Program-made: the position numbers and the translations under genes
Assembly (NCBI GenBank): GCA_963825865.1
Contig: CAWGVG010000028.1
Location: forward strand, 42,388-106,387
Source: an uncultured Nitrososphaeraceae archaeon
GTDB lineage: Archaea; Thermoproteota; Nitrososphaeria; Nitrososphaerales; Nitrososphaeraceae
Length of the DNA: 64,000 nucleotides
Direction of reading: 5' to 3'
The notes under the pieces: model-generated
What the model saw: the letters and a program-made list of their open reading frames with translations, nothing else
The model's database searches: none
What the model was told of the DNA's origin: nothing
In this document: positions 1 through 11,582 of the stretch, piece after piece
How positions within the stretch are numbered: the stretch's first letter is position 1
Layout of the letters: every line of letters starts with the position of its first letter

Positions 1-198
1 ATTGCAATCGAATCATAGAAACTAAATCAGTTTATATTTCTTGAAACATTTGAAGAGCATCTCATTTCAGTTAAAAATACATTATCATGGATCTATAGAT
101 AGTTCTTTGATACTTAACGGGTTAAAAGATGATAATACATGTATTCATCTAGCAAAGATTCTAATGACAGAATCGTCAACCGAAGTCCTAACAGAACC

Positions 199-795
199 TC
201 AGATAGCTCGCAATTCTGGTTTTGAAGAATAAATAAGGGCAAGAACAGGTTCTCGAAATTCTTTCTGTTGTAAAATCCCGCGATGAGCTAATGTTATTAT
301 TAAGCTGTTATTTCTAACACCACGCATTTTCATACACAGATGTTCGCCTTCAGCAACAATTATTACACCTTTTACTCCCATCCTCATTATTTCATCAGCT
401 ATTTCTTTTGTCAACCTCTCTTGGATTTGTAATCGACGAGAGTATTTTTCAACAAGACGGACTAATTTTGATATTCCAAAAACTTTGCCAGACGGAATAT
501 ATGCTATGTTTATTTTTCCATAAAATGGAAGCATATGATGTTCACACATACTATAAAATTGGATATCTTTAGCAATGATTGCGTCGCTTTCTTCTGAGAA
601 ACTTACATCAAGTCGAGCATTCATCCTATAACCACCAAAAATTTCCTCATACATTTCAGCCATGCGATTTGGAGTGCCAATCAAACCTTCTCGATCGGGG
701 TTTTCTCCTAGCTCTATCAAAAGCTGTCTTAGCAATTTTTCGATCTTTTTCTTATTTATGATATTTTTTTTTATTTTCACTTCTTGTTGGGTCAT
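199..795 (-). CDS. folE: GTP cyclohydrolase I
   Basis: GENPDREGLIGTP, SMCEHHMLPF, RRLQIQERLT and HLCMKMRG motifs of FolE. Confidence 0.96.
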   Translation of the reverse strand: MTQQEVKIKKNIINKKKIEKLLRQLLIELGENPDREGLIGTPNRMAEMYEEIFGGYRMNARLDVSFSEESDAIIAKDIQFYSMCEHHMLPFYGKINIAYIPSGKVFGISKLVRLVEKYSRRLQIQERLTKEIADEIMRMGVKGVIIVAEGEHLCMKMRGVRNNSLIITLAHRGILQQKEFREPVLALIYSSKPELRAI

Positions 796-803
796 TTTTA
801 TTT

Positions 804-1535
804 TTATCTGGCTCCTATTACTTTATGTAATTGAGGAATTATCCTTACCTCTTGATATAACGGATAAACTATATCATAAAATTCGAAAAGCCTTTCCACG
901 GTTGGCTCATCCATTCCATAACTCGGCTGTATTATAAATCCTGCTATATCTGCAGTCTTTATATCTTTAAAGATATTTTTCATTAGACGTTTGAACTCTT
1001 TGAGGTTAGTTGAGTTCGTTACTACTACTTTGATATATGTAATTTTGTGATTCCTGATAGATATCTCAAGACATTCAATTTCATTGCGTAACAAGTTGTG
1101 ATAATACTTGTCGTCAACGACTTTGGAATCACTCATCTTTAATTCCACTTTACAAATATCAATATATGGTAGAATCCTTTCAAACCTCGAAGAATCAAAA
1201 CATGCTGATTCTATATATGTCCTTAGACCTTTTTCTTCCTTGACAAATTTGGCAAGTTCAATAACTGCCTCATATTGTAAGAGAGGCTCACCTCCAGTAA
1301 AGTTAACCTTGTATGTATTGGGTTTGAGATATTTTGCTATTAGTTTCTTTGCATAATCAACAGAGTAATCATTTCCACTGTCCATTGGTAAGGCGTACGT
1401 AGTATCACACCAGACACATTTCAGATGACAGCCGGCCATTCTCACAAACAGTGTTTTTGTACCAAACAGAATACCTTCACCTTCAATACTAGTGAATATT
1501 TCACTCAATTGTATCCTATTGGCCATTTTTTGCAT
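804..1535 (-). CDS. queE: 7-carboxy-7-deazaguanine synthase (radical SAM)
   Basis: EIFTSIEGEG, CxxxCxxC (GCHLKCVWCDT), FTGGEPLL, C-terminal PQLHK. Confidence 0.93.
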   Translation of the reverse strand: MQKMANRIQLSEIFTSIEGEGILFGTKTLFVRMAGCHLKCVWCDTTYALPMDSGNDYSVDYAKKLIAKYLKPNTYKVNFTGGEPLLQYEAVIELAKFVKEEKGLRTYIESACFDSSRFERILPYIDICKVELKMSDSKVVDDKYYHNLLRNEIECLEISIRNHKITYIKVVVTNSTNLKEFKRLMKNIFKDIKTADIAGFIIQPSYGMDEPTVERLFEFYDIVYPLYQEVRIIPQLHKVIGAR

Positions 1536-2260
1536 AACGCGTTTTATCCTTTATACCTGTCTTGCTAATTGCAATCTTCCTATTTATACACGATTCGCAT
1601 ATTCCACAGTGCAAAATATTTCTATTTTTATTTCTTGTGCCATTGGAATAACAGCTCCATGTTTTGAAAATTTTATCTCCCAAAATTTTATATCCAATAG
1701 TCAACAATTCTGATTTATCCATACCATCTACTGCGGGAGACCACACAGTGATTTTTTCTCTCAAGCCTGATCTAATTCCATCTGCTTCTGCCAGATTTAG
1801 CGTCTTGGTTATTGATTTTATAAATTCCGGACGACAATCAGGATAATGAATGTCATTAGTGTGTGCACCATATGCCACCATTTTAGCATTGATGCTCATG
1901 GCCCATGCTGTTGCGATAGTGATGAAAATTGCATTTCTGATGGGGACTACAATGCTATAATCAAAACTCTTACTTAAGTGCAGTTTGCTGTTTGTGAGCG
2001 AATTTGTATTACCATATAGTTCTTTCATAAAGTTAATATCGACGACTCGATGATCCTTTACATTCAAAATTTTGGCAAACTGCTTTGCCTGTTGAATTTC
2101 TAATTTTGCCCGCTGTCCATAAAAAAAGGTTATCATATAAAGGTCGTATTCTTTTTCTCCTGTTAAATAAGCAGCAGGTACAGATAGAGTCAAGACCTCC
2201 ACTTACAATACAGACTACTGGTCCTTCTTCAGACGATTGGTTGTTATTATTTGGCAACAA
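1516..2260 (-). CDS. queC: 7-cyano-7-deazaguanine synthase, one frameshift near 2180 (probable sequencing indel)
   Basis: SGGLDS is in ORF 2033..2260; YGQR, VPIRN, YPDCRPEF, TWSCY and HCGICESC are in ORF 1516..2202. Confidence 0.92.
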
Positions 2261-2349
2261 TATCGAAGTAAATATTGTTATTGATTCAGCTTTATCTAAA
2301 TCTGACGGGAAGATTCGTGCGTACTCAGATGCACATGTAGTGCACTAAC

Positions 2350-2922
2350 CTATCTTTTTATAAGGAGAGCATATATTCCACCCGTACCATAAGCAGTTGA
2401 TATTAAAATTCTGGATAGCATTACCGCAATATCATGTCTTGCAATAAATAGAGTTAAGTCAATCTCCAATGCAATAGGAATGGATGCTAAAGAAATCAAA
2501 CCGACAATCATTTGCTCACGATTATCAAGCCTGCTATATTTTTTCATGAGTACATAGGTAGAAAAATTACCTAATCCAATTCCAAGTAAAATTAGAAATT
2601 GGTATAAAGATGGAAATAGGGGTATTGCAGCAAAGGGCGCAGCCCAACATAGACCGTTAAGTGCCTTTGCATTCGCAGACCATTTGATGCTATATTTCAT
2701 TCTACTGCGGACAGAAGGGATTATCTTGCGGAATCTGCTAAAAATTACACCAAATGTAATGGCGAAAGATGCGAACCAGATGATGGCATAATAATACAAG
2801 GGAGCTTTATTAATAGATGCAACTTCGCTCAGCACTGAAGCCACACAAACAGCTATGGATACGCCTATGAAAAGAAGCCCAAATCCGTGTCTTACTTCAA
2901 TTGTCTGTGAGTCATTCTGCAA
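2350..2922 (-). CDS. hypothetical integral membrane protein (~6 TM)
   Basis: 190-aa ORF with several long hydrophobic stretches. Confidence 0.7.
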   Translation of the reverse strand: MQNDSQTIEVRHGFGLLFIGVSIAVCVASVLSEVASINKAPLYYYAIIWFASFAITFGVIFSRFRKIIPSVRSRMKYSIKWSANAKALNGLCWAAPFAAIPLFPSLYQFLILLGIGLGNFSTYVLMKKYSRLDNREQMIVGLISLASIPIALEIDLTLFIARHDIAVMLSRILISTAYGTGGIYALLIKR

Positions 2923-3540
2923 GAATGACGAAACTTTCCCTTAACGATAATTTAAAGTATAGTAAAGATTTGTAAGATGAACGCTATTTAAATTACTAAT
3001 CTAATCTAATGCTTTGTATGAAGTGGAACAGACTTGACTGATAAGCAAGGTCAGCAAAGGCAACAAGAATCTATGTAATTTATCACGACTAAGGACGATA
3101 ACTACAAAGTGGGTAGGTAATCAAGCATGATACGTAACAATGAAAATGGATTGTTTTAGTTGTTACTTTGAATTCATTTCAACAATCTCAAAACCTGTAT
3201 GCCAAGAATGCGGTTTTTGCTTTCTTTCTTAACTATTTCTATTGTTGTACCTACTCTTGCATTGTTATCAACACCAAATGCAATAAGGACGTAAAAGATA
3301 ATAATTAACAAGTCGGTAAAATGTTGTATTTCAAAGCTAAAATACAGTTAGATTTATCGCCATGTTTACGGAATATAAAATATGCACACTTGTGAATCTT
3401 GTGGCAGGGTTAGGTTTTATTCATTGAACTTTATCTTTTCAAAATCCATATGCAATGAGTGCTACATGTTAATGACAGAGAAAGAAAAGTCAAATGAGAA
3501 GTGATATCTGTTGGATGGCATTAGATATGTTATCCATTCT

Positions 3541-3908
3541 TCATTCCTGTTGGCCCCCACAGTTTCTGCAGAACTTAGAGTCTGCGTTGATTTTAAAACC
3601 ACACTCAATACAGAATTTAGTATCAGTATCGGGCTCTGGAATTTCTCCGGTCATTTTTGACGAAGTCATCTGAGAGGTTGTTCCACCATACATCTCCGTA
3701 ACTGCACCAGAAGGCTTAAAGGTATCGTCGGTATCGGGCATTAAATCAGAGAGTTCCTTGCCTCTACCACCACCTTTCTCTTCGATATAAAGCATTAGCC
3801 GGGAGCTTGCTCTTTGGTTCCAGGATTGTTGACCTGTTCACCTAGCCATATAACAAATTTCTTTAGTGTCATCTCGGGAGTGGAAAAAGTAAGTGTATGG
3901 GTAGACAT
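3541..3908 (-). CDS. double zinc-ribbon protein, frameshift near 3800
   Basis: C-terminal CIECG...CRNCG; ATG at 3908 (MSTHTLTFSTP) joins the 84-aa ORF if one C is added to the CCC run. Confidence 0.75.
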
Positions 3909-3979
3909 GTATTCTTCAGTTGCTGATCTACCATTAAAAACTTTCATCGATAGAGATAATATAGTTATGTGACTTTTAA

Positions 3980-4510
3980 TTATTGCGAATTACCACATTT
4001 ACTACAAAATTTGGCTTGCTTAGGGATTGCCGATCCACATACAGTGCAACTTTTAGTTGTTGTTTCATTATTGTATGTAGAAGATCGTCTAACGTCTATG
4101 TCTATTGGCTTGAACGTGGGTTCCTGTTGCTGTGGCTGATGTGGTTTGGGCATAGTATATTCTTCTTCCACATCCACAGATCTGCCAGTACCTTGAAGGA
4201 GATCAATACCATTACTACCCTGATCAGTATCAGTAGAAGGAGAAGCCATTTCGTCATTAGCATTTTTCATTGGTGCTCTCTTGTCCTTCGCGGCTTTCAT
4301 TTCTAAAATTACTCGAATAGCAAGGAAATTCATTGCAGACATCGCGACTATGTAATCACCAATTGAAGCAAAGAATTCTTTTTCGTTCACTTTTCTTTGC
4401 TTGTACAACTCATTCGAATCGATAAATGACTCGTATTGATCTTGGATATCACTAATTATTCGCTTCAATTTCTCAGTTAGCTCTTGGAGAGTATCTGCTT
4501 CAAAAGTCAT
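3980..4510 (-). CDS. helical N-terminal domain plus C-terminal double zinc ribbon
   Basis: CTVCG...CSKCG at the C-terminus after a low-complexity linker. Confidence 0.8.
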   Translation of the reverse strand: MTFEADTLQELTEKLKRIISDIQDQYESFIDSNELYKQRKVNEKEFFASIGDYIVAMSAMNFLAIRVILEMKAAKDKRAPMKNANDEMASPSTDTDQGSNGIDLLQGTGRSVDVEEEYTMPKPHQPQQQEPTFKPIDIDVRRSSTYNNETTTKSCTVCGSAIPKQAKFCSKCGNSQ

Positions 4511-4950
4511 TGTTAAAGATGGGCATCACGGACTTAATAATACTTTTAGCATTGCATGAAATGTTCGTTATTTTTATACTATTGTCAAATTGAATACATA
4601 AACTAACTGATTTTTATTCTTATGAGTTATGAGAAGACAATAATGAATTTTTCACTTATAAGATTTAGTGATAAAGAATCTTGCGTGAATATAGAATGCA
4701 ATTACAACAATATTTAGACAAGACCACTAAAAGCAAAGAAAGCGAAGGATGGTGTGTATCAGAGTATTAATAATTGATTGACTAGACTTTACCTCCATGT
4801 TTGATAGGTTGGATAGCCAGCAGAGTATTGTATTACACATCTAAAAATAATACCGTCAATGGAATTAGTATCTAATATAGAATATGACAAATGCAGTAAT
4901 ACAAATAACCTATTAATATAGATATGTTCAAGCTGACGGCAGCCTATGAT

Positions 4951-5025
4951 GGAGGGATAGTCTAGATTGGTATGGATACCTGCCTTACACGCAGGTGGTC
5001 GTGGGTTCAAATCCCATTCCCTCCA
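4951..5025 (+). tRNA. tRNA-Val(TAC)
   Basis: Acceptor GGAGGGA/TCCCTCC plus A, anticodon arm CCTGC-CT TAC AC-GCAGG, T loop GTTCAAATC; CCA not encoded. Confidence 0.96.
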
Positions 5026-5451
5026 CTTTGTTCATGGTTTTACACAAAAACTTCAATAATATATATGCACAATCTTGGGATTTAAAGTATTAGGATAAAA
5101 AATCTGCCCATGTTTGATGCCTCCAACAAAACAACCAACATACGACTTCAAAATCTGATCATATACGGTAAACAGATGTCTAATCTAGTCAATCTTATGA
5201 AGAATGAACAAGCGTATATCAATATTCACACACCACATAACGTGAAATTCGCGGACCGATATACCAGTGCGAACGACAACAACGAACCGGATGACAGATA
5301 ATAAATATTAGCTTACAACGTCTTCTATTAATTCTATAACATTCACCTAAAAAATGATTCTTCATATACATTATATTCAAGATTTATTAATAGATGATCC
5401 ATTTTATGGATAACATTCATAGCCAGTTTAAGCATTGATATTATCGCCCCT

Positions 5452-6264
5452 TTGGTTGAAGACGATCCATTCTCTGACTGGTCAGAACTTGTACACCAGC
5501 CAGTATACTCTATTGATGGAAAAAAACTTGGTTTTCTCAGAAAAACTATCTCAGAGTATATTATTGTCGGACGAGGCCTTATTAATTTAACAAAATATTT
5601 TATCCCGAAATCACTGGCTGAATCAACAAGCAAAAAAGGGATCAGACTAAAAATTACAGCCTACGAAGCACGTTCAAAGTATTCATACGCAAAAATGAAA
5701 AATGTCGTTACTACTTTCGAATTTCTCCCAAAATCTGCAATAGATCATAGGGTATTCTATGATAGATTCCAGACTCTGCGATATAGCACTACCAGAAATA
5801 GGTTGGCAGCAGCCATTGGGTTTATTTCTGGAATTCTCTTTTTGATTTCAGGTTACAAGGCAAACTTGGCAATTTACCATTTAATCAGAGAAGAGATTGT
5901 CATATACACCGCCAAGGACCTCTTGACGTATGCCTTAATTCCAGTTGGTATCCTAGCCATATTGAGCCAGCTTGGAGGAGTTACTGTATTGATGGGAGCA
6001 GGATTATTTGCTGTAAATAGGGTAAATCTCGGAAAATTTTTAGTGATGATTGGAACAGGCCAGGGATTATTCACTATTGGTTTACGTATATTGTCAGAGT
6101 TGTGGTCTGGCAGATTAGCACTCGAAAATAATTATATTACATGGCTGACATCATCTGCCAGCAGGATTGGGGATATTGTTTGCGTTGGTATCACAATCAA
6201 TTTCAAAAGGAAAAGATGATAGTGTTACCTATAGGGCAATAAGGTTTGCATTCAGAAGGAAGAA
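5452..6264 (+). CDS. PRC-barrel-like domain fused to a multi-TM domain; frameshift near the C-terminus
   Basis: DWSELVHQPVYSIDGKKLG resembles the 13895 protein; hydrophobic helices follow from NRLAAAIG; the shifted frame continues AGLGILFALVSQSI; end approximate. Confidence 0.65.
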
Positions 6265-6356
6265 ATAGATGAGAATACTGACGAAAACAAATTCCATATC
6301 TATCTCATGTGTTGCAATGATTGAGGAGCGCAGGGTGGTTTGCATATATCTTGCTA

Positions 6357-7827
6357 TTAAACATCGGCATACATAGAAAATTCGTGAGGATGTGGTCTTA
6401 CTGCTACCTCATTATGTTCTTTGGCTTCATACTCGATTATGATGTCGATAGTATCATTGCCGAAGATTGGCTCTAGGAACGCCCTGTCGCTCTTTAACCC
6501 TTCAGATGCTTCTCTCAAACTTGCAGGGGGCTGCTTGATTCCGAGTTCTCTTCTTTTATTTGGAGTCATTTTAAAAATATCTTCATCGACAGGGGTGTTT
6601 ATTGCCTTTTTCTTCTTGATGCCATCTAGACCAGCAGCAACTATTGCAGAGAATGCAAGATATGGATTACAGGAGGGGTCAGGAGGCTCTGAAATTCAAT
6701 TCTCTTCATATTGGCGAATTTTTGTCCCTTGAAATGAGATGGAATTCTTATTATTGCGGACCTGTTCCCTGTACCTCCACGCAATATATACTGGAGCCTC
6801 ATAACCAGGTACAAGTCTTCTGTATGAATTAGTAGTGGGAGCAACAATAGCCAGCCAGAGCATAGGCGTGGTCTATGATACCACCACCAAAATAACGAGC
6901 GATTTCTGACATTTCTGCATACTCGTCGCTCGCATCAAAAAAGGAGTTCTTTTTGTTGTTCCATAGACTAACATTGACATGCATACCCGAGCCGTTATCC
7001 AGTGCAATTGGTTTTGGCATCATTGTAGCGATCATATTATGTTTTTTTGCGATGTTTTTGACAATATGCTTGTAACTCTGTACAGAGTCGGCTGCATTAA
7101 CAAGAGTATCATATCTGATATCTATTTCACATTGGCCTGCTGTTGCAACTTCATGATGATGGGCTTCGCAAATAATACCAAAATTATTACTTAAAACGTC
7201 TACACATTCATTACGATAATCCATCAGACTGTCACCTGGAGCACTTGGGAGATAACCTTCTTTTAATCTCAAGGAATAGCCTACACTATCGCTAGACCAG
7301 GGTGATTCCCTCGAAGTTATGTTGTAGCTCTGGCCTTGATAGGGCGTCATGGTATTTACTTCGAGTTTATCAAAAACAAAGAATTCGATTTCAGGCCCCC
7401 AATATGAAGTGTCAAATCCTTGCTCACGAACGTATATCTCTGCCCGCGTGGCAATCCCTCTAGGGTCACGAGGAAATGAGTCCCTTTTATGACCGGCACT
7501 CAAAATATCGCACATTAGTCTTGCAGTATGATCTTTTTCAATCCAGGGAATAGTCGCATAAGTTGAGGGGTCAGGCCGAATAATCAAATCTGATTCATGA
7601 ATTTCTGTAAAGCCTCGAATAGAAGAACCATCGAGCTTTGGCAGGCCATTATAAAAGTCTTCCATACGAAGCATATTAGCTGGCATAGTAGTGTGGTGAA
7701 ATCTTCCTGTGAGACCAGTAAACTGCAAATCGAGAAACTTGATCTTATCATCCTTTAACTTTTGCATAACCTCGTCTGGAGTGAAGGTCAAGGGTTCCAT
7801 GTCGCCATCAATTACTTTATAAGGCAA
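6357..7827 (-). CDS. glnA: glutamine synthetase type I, split by frameshifts (probable sequencing indels)
   Basis: [47 protein letters not shown] and RPHPHEF across three ORF pieces. Confidence 0.95.
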
Positions 7828-7929
7828 GTAAGATATCTCTTATCATAGGACACTAAAAGCCTATAATTTAAGCTTATCAGGAGGGTCTATGAGAGAAGGA
7901 AAAAGGCTTGGATGGTGTGAAATAGTAAA

Positions 7930-8562
7930 ATGGTTACAGCAGTAAGAAAAGAAGACCAAGAAGTAAAAACAAAAAACAATAATAACAGTACCGAATCGAT
8001 CAAAGATGCATACAATTTATTATTAAAGGAAGTCCAAATCCCTACACTACAATCTATACCACCTGACACTTATCAAAAGATCGCCACCATTCTTGGGAGC
8101 CTGAAAGCTCAAGGATACGAAGGGATGGAAGCAAAGATCCGAGATAGAATGGCAGAACTGATATGTCTATCTGCCAAACTCCTGCTTGAAATCAGGCATC
8201 AAAAGCTAATAGAGTATCAACAAGGTGAGTCATTATCTTCAACAACACCAATGATAGATTATTCAAAACTTACCGATGAGGAAAAATATATCTTAGATGG
8301 AGAAAAAGAATCTGAGAAGAGGAAAAATGCTGTACTTGCTGCTACTATCAAAGGCAGACCAAAAGTTTTGGAATCAATTTCAACAAATATTCGTTCCAAA
8401 GAAATTATTGTCAGATTTATCAAACCAATGGAGCGATTTATGGGTATAAATACGGCAACATACGGTCCGTTTCAGGAAGAAGACGTTGCTGTACTGCCAT
8501 TTGAAAATGCACGATCTTTGATAGAGAATGGTAAAGCAGTAGAAATACATGTTGCTCTATAG
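7930..8562 (+). CDS. GINS complex subunit (Gins15/Gins51-like)
   Basis: Helical A domain, then C-terminal B domain IVRF...YGPFQEEDVAVLPFENARSLI. Confidence 0.8.
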   Translation: MVTAVRKEDQEVKTKNNNNSTESIKDAYNLLLKEVQIPTLQSIPPDTYQKIATILGSLKAQGYEGMEAKIRDRMAELICLSAKLLLEIRHQKLIEYQQGESLSSTTPMIDYSKLTDEEKYILDGEKESEKRKNAVLAATIKGRPKVLESISTNIRSKEIIVRFIKPMERFMGINTATYGPFQEEDVAVLPFENARSLIENGKAVEIHVAL

Positions 8563-8618
8563 TAACAAATGAAAGATAAAATAGTGTTTATTAATGGCTG
8601 GAATGCCAAGATATCGTA

Positions 8619-8930
8619 TTGACTCATAATGGAATAGATATTGATCAATATATTTTGTTCACTATCTATCCAAGCAGTGTGTTCTTTGGATTAGGACTCA
8701 TTGCGAAAAGAAACCAAATGCGGGGATCTGTTAAGTATGCTTTACAGGCATTAACATGCATTATATTTTCAATAGTTTATTTTGTGGCCGTGCCAAATGG
8801 CGGAGCATACGGGCTTGCAATAGTGTTAGCAGCATTTGGTGCACTTCTATTCTTTATGGCAAGAAAATATATGATACATCCAGAAGAAGGACAGGAAGGT
8901 CAAACTACCACTTCAACCAAAGAAATTTAA
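8619..8930 (+). CDS. small 3-TM membrane protein
   Basis: Three hydrophobic segments and a charged tail. Confidence 0.65.
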   Translation: MTHNGIDIDQYILFTIYPSSVFFGLGLIAKRNQMRGSVKYALQALTCIIFSIVYFVAVPNGGAYGLAIVLAAFGALLFFMARKYMIHPEEGQEGQTTTSTKEI

Positions 8931-9235
8931 AAACAATAGATATTGGTTCTTTACAAAATACTTGCATAAAGTCATAAAAGTATGTCTATATCAATTGTGG
9001 TCTACAATTAAATGGCCTGCTGCTGTAATGTTGACTGATAATTAATTGCATTTATGATATTGCTCTATAACAGGTCATTTTGTTATTTCCAGATGGTAAG
9101 AAAAAGAGTTTTGTTGTTTTGTTGTTTGTTGTTGTACACCATCAAGATATCATTGCTTGAGAACACCATCAAACTCATCCATGAACTACTTCAATAAATA
9201 GTAGTGTTTGCATATAATGTCTATTATTCATTTAC

Positions 9236-9760
9236 CTATGTCTCTCGGCCTTGACTGATAAGAGATGTCCAAGGTTTCAAAAGATCAAGATTTAATTTTA
9301 TTAGCGTGATCTTTGCTTCATTTAGCAATTGTGTTCCATCTTCTGGATAGTCAGCAAGCACAACGATTCTTCTGATACCTACACTAATTACCATCTTGCT
9401 GCATTCGATACACGGAGCAAAAGTAGAGTATAACGTAGCGTCCTTTGTGCTTCCCGCATTTCCAAACAATGCGCATTGCATTATTGCGTTTGCCTCTGCA
9501 TGAGTGCATAAACATCTATCCAGACCTTCACCTGACTTGACTCTCCCTTTCATTCTAAGCATACATCTCGGACATCCGCCTTCAAAACAGTTTTTGATAC
9601 CAGCAGGAGTGCCATTATAGCCAGTTGCTATTTGCCTATTGTCCTTTACAATTACCGCACCGATATGTCTTGTAAGACAATTTGAACGAAGCTTTGCTAT
9701 CTCTGCCTGAAGCATAAAATAAGTATCCCAATCTGGTCTGTGCATTCTATAACTAATCAA
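9236..9760 (-). CDS. dCMP deaminase family protein
   Basis: RPDWDTYFM, ATGYNG, HAEANA and PCIEC zinc-deaminase motifs. Confidence 0.92.
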   Translation of the reverse strand: MISYRMHRPDWDTYFMLQAEIAKLRSNCLTRHIGAVIVKDNRQIATGYNGTPAGIKNCFEGGCPRCMLRMKGRVKSGEGLDRCLCTHAEANAIMQCALFGNAGSTKDATLYSTFAPCIECSKMVISVGIRRIVVLADYPEDGTQLLNEAKITLIKLNLDLLKPWTSLISQGRET

Positions 9761-9997
9761 ATACTAATTATTATAAAAATCGTTAAACTTATTGTTAATA
9801 ATATTTAAAATAGGCCTAACTGGAGTTATAATCTCAAGTCGGATAATGTGTTACATGATCATTTTTGATATAGTTCCAAATGCTTTGAATTCTATTCACT
9901 TTTTGCACACACCTGTTTTTTGATTCGAGATACCAAAATATTAAAAAGAAATATTATTAGCAAAATTGTATTCTTATAAGTCTTTTTTTGACATTCA

Positions 9998-10633
9998 TTA
10001 CTTATATAACTTAAATGAATCGGTCATTTTTTGTATAGTAGGTAAATAACTTGAATATTTTGTTGCATCCGCTGTGTATGAAATGAAGTATAATTTATGA
10101 TCTTTGATCGTCAAAAGTTCCATTGTTCTAGCTATCCCTATCTCTGCATTACTGTAGGTGTATATTACCTTACGTGCTGGATTATCTGAAAGAGTGGCTG
10201 AAGCTGATTCAATAAGTTCAAAACTCGGCAAAGATCGTCGTGAACTAATCTGTGTGTTGGTATACTGATCTAGAGATATATTCTGAGACTTTAAATCTCC
10301 TACTTCTATTATGAGATATTCTCTAAATGTATCAGAAGAGCCTTCTAGCGGTGAGACAAAATTAACAATAATATTCCGATGCCCTTCTTCGATTCCTTGA
10401 TCGAATTCAACCTTTTCCCAATTTGGAGGGTACTGTATCCTAAATGCATAAGTAGGATTTTCATATGCCAATAAATTGCTTGATGTTGTCTTCTGTGCCA
10501 TTGCTTTTTGTAGAGAAATGGAATTGGCGATAATTGACGGCGATAAAGGAGAAAAAATTGATAGTGCGAGCATGATCATACTATATAACGATGAAAATGT
10601 AACGATGGGTCTATGTTGTTGTTTTTTATACAA
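9998..10633 (-). CDS. secreted PsbP-like (Mog1/PsbP fold) protein
   Basis: Signal-like N-terminus, YENPTYAFRIQYPPNW, and C-terminal YLPTIQKMTDSF. Confidence 0.8.
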   Translation of the reverse strand: MYKKQQHRPIVTFSSLYSMIMLALSIFSPLSPSIIANSISLQKAMAQKTTSSNLLAYENPTYAFRIQYPPNWEKVEFDQGIEEGHRNIIVNFVSPLEGSSDTFREYLIIEVGDLKSQNISLDQYTNTQISSRRSLPSFELIESASATLSDNPARKVIYTYSNAEIGIARTMELLTIKDHKLYFISYTADATKYSSYLPTIQKMTDSFKLYK

Positions 10634-11582
10634 AGAGTGGTAATAATTGTATTTTATGTCTTGGTTATTTTGAGTTTCTGTATGAGAAATATAATCATTC
10701 TGTAAATTTGGAAGTTGGATGATGAATTACAAGAACTTTCATCATGCACGTCTTACTGTTATAACCAAACAGCTTAATGACGTAGTATTCTAAAAATTAG
10801 CGAGTTGATATTTCTTAGAAATGCCTATTTGATGACAGTATTGAGTTTCGGATGGTAAAGGCCTATAATGCTGATCAAATTGATAAATCAATGATAAATA
10901 CTCGTTTATAATCAGAAGTAAAATGATAATGGATAAAAATAATAATGACAATGAACAACAGAAAAGAGTAAAGCAATTAAATCAGGAAATTATGATGATT
11001 TTTGAGAAACGTGCTGCATCTTTTGGCTATGCTTCCGCTGCATTATTAAGCGTAATGTATTTTATTTCTGAAAGATATACAAAGGAGCATCTAGAGTAAA
11101 GCGATGTTGTTAGAATATTTTAGAACTGAATTTGATAGGTTTTTGAATAAGCTTGCTGAACAATGAAGTTATCATGAATCTGCTAGGGAAGATAAGATGA
11201 AGAAATTACCGGATACTCTGTGTCTGGTAAGAAAGGGTGTTGTTCTTATGCACCCGTATGCTTGCTAATTAGCCATAGATAAGAGTAAGGAAAGCTTTTT
11301 CAAAATACAGAAAAAAAGAGCTGACATCTGCGGCCTGAATACTTTTAGACCTTTTTCATTCGTAAAGTGTATGTGATTACTTTCTCTGCACTTTCATTAG
11401 TAAGGCCTATTTAGTTGGAATATCGCTTCTCTACTGTAAATGCTGATCCAATTTTTGTCATTGCTCTCCAATTTATATTTGAACCCTCTGGATGATTCTT
11501 CTATTTCGAGACCTATATGGGAAGAAAATAATGCGGAATCTAGATCTCCTGTTATCTTTAGCTAGCAACACTTTAAAGTCTA

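Noticed and set aside
199-2260. 7-deazaguanine DNA modification (dpd) system
   Set aside because: No DpdA/TGT-like, helicase or nuclease genes nearby; tRNA archaeosine precursor synthesis is the simpler explanation in an archaeon
2261-2349. preQ1 riboswitch upstream of queC
   Set aside because: No match by eye to the preQ1-I consensus, and a TATA-like element at ~2290-2300 suggests the hairpins lie upstream of the transcript
4789-5010. 73-aa ORF MNPRPPACKAG
   Set aside because: Antisense shadow of tRNA-Val
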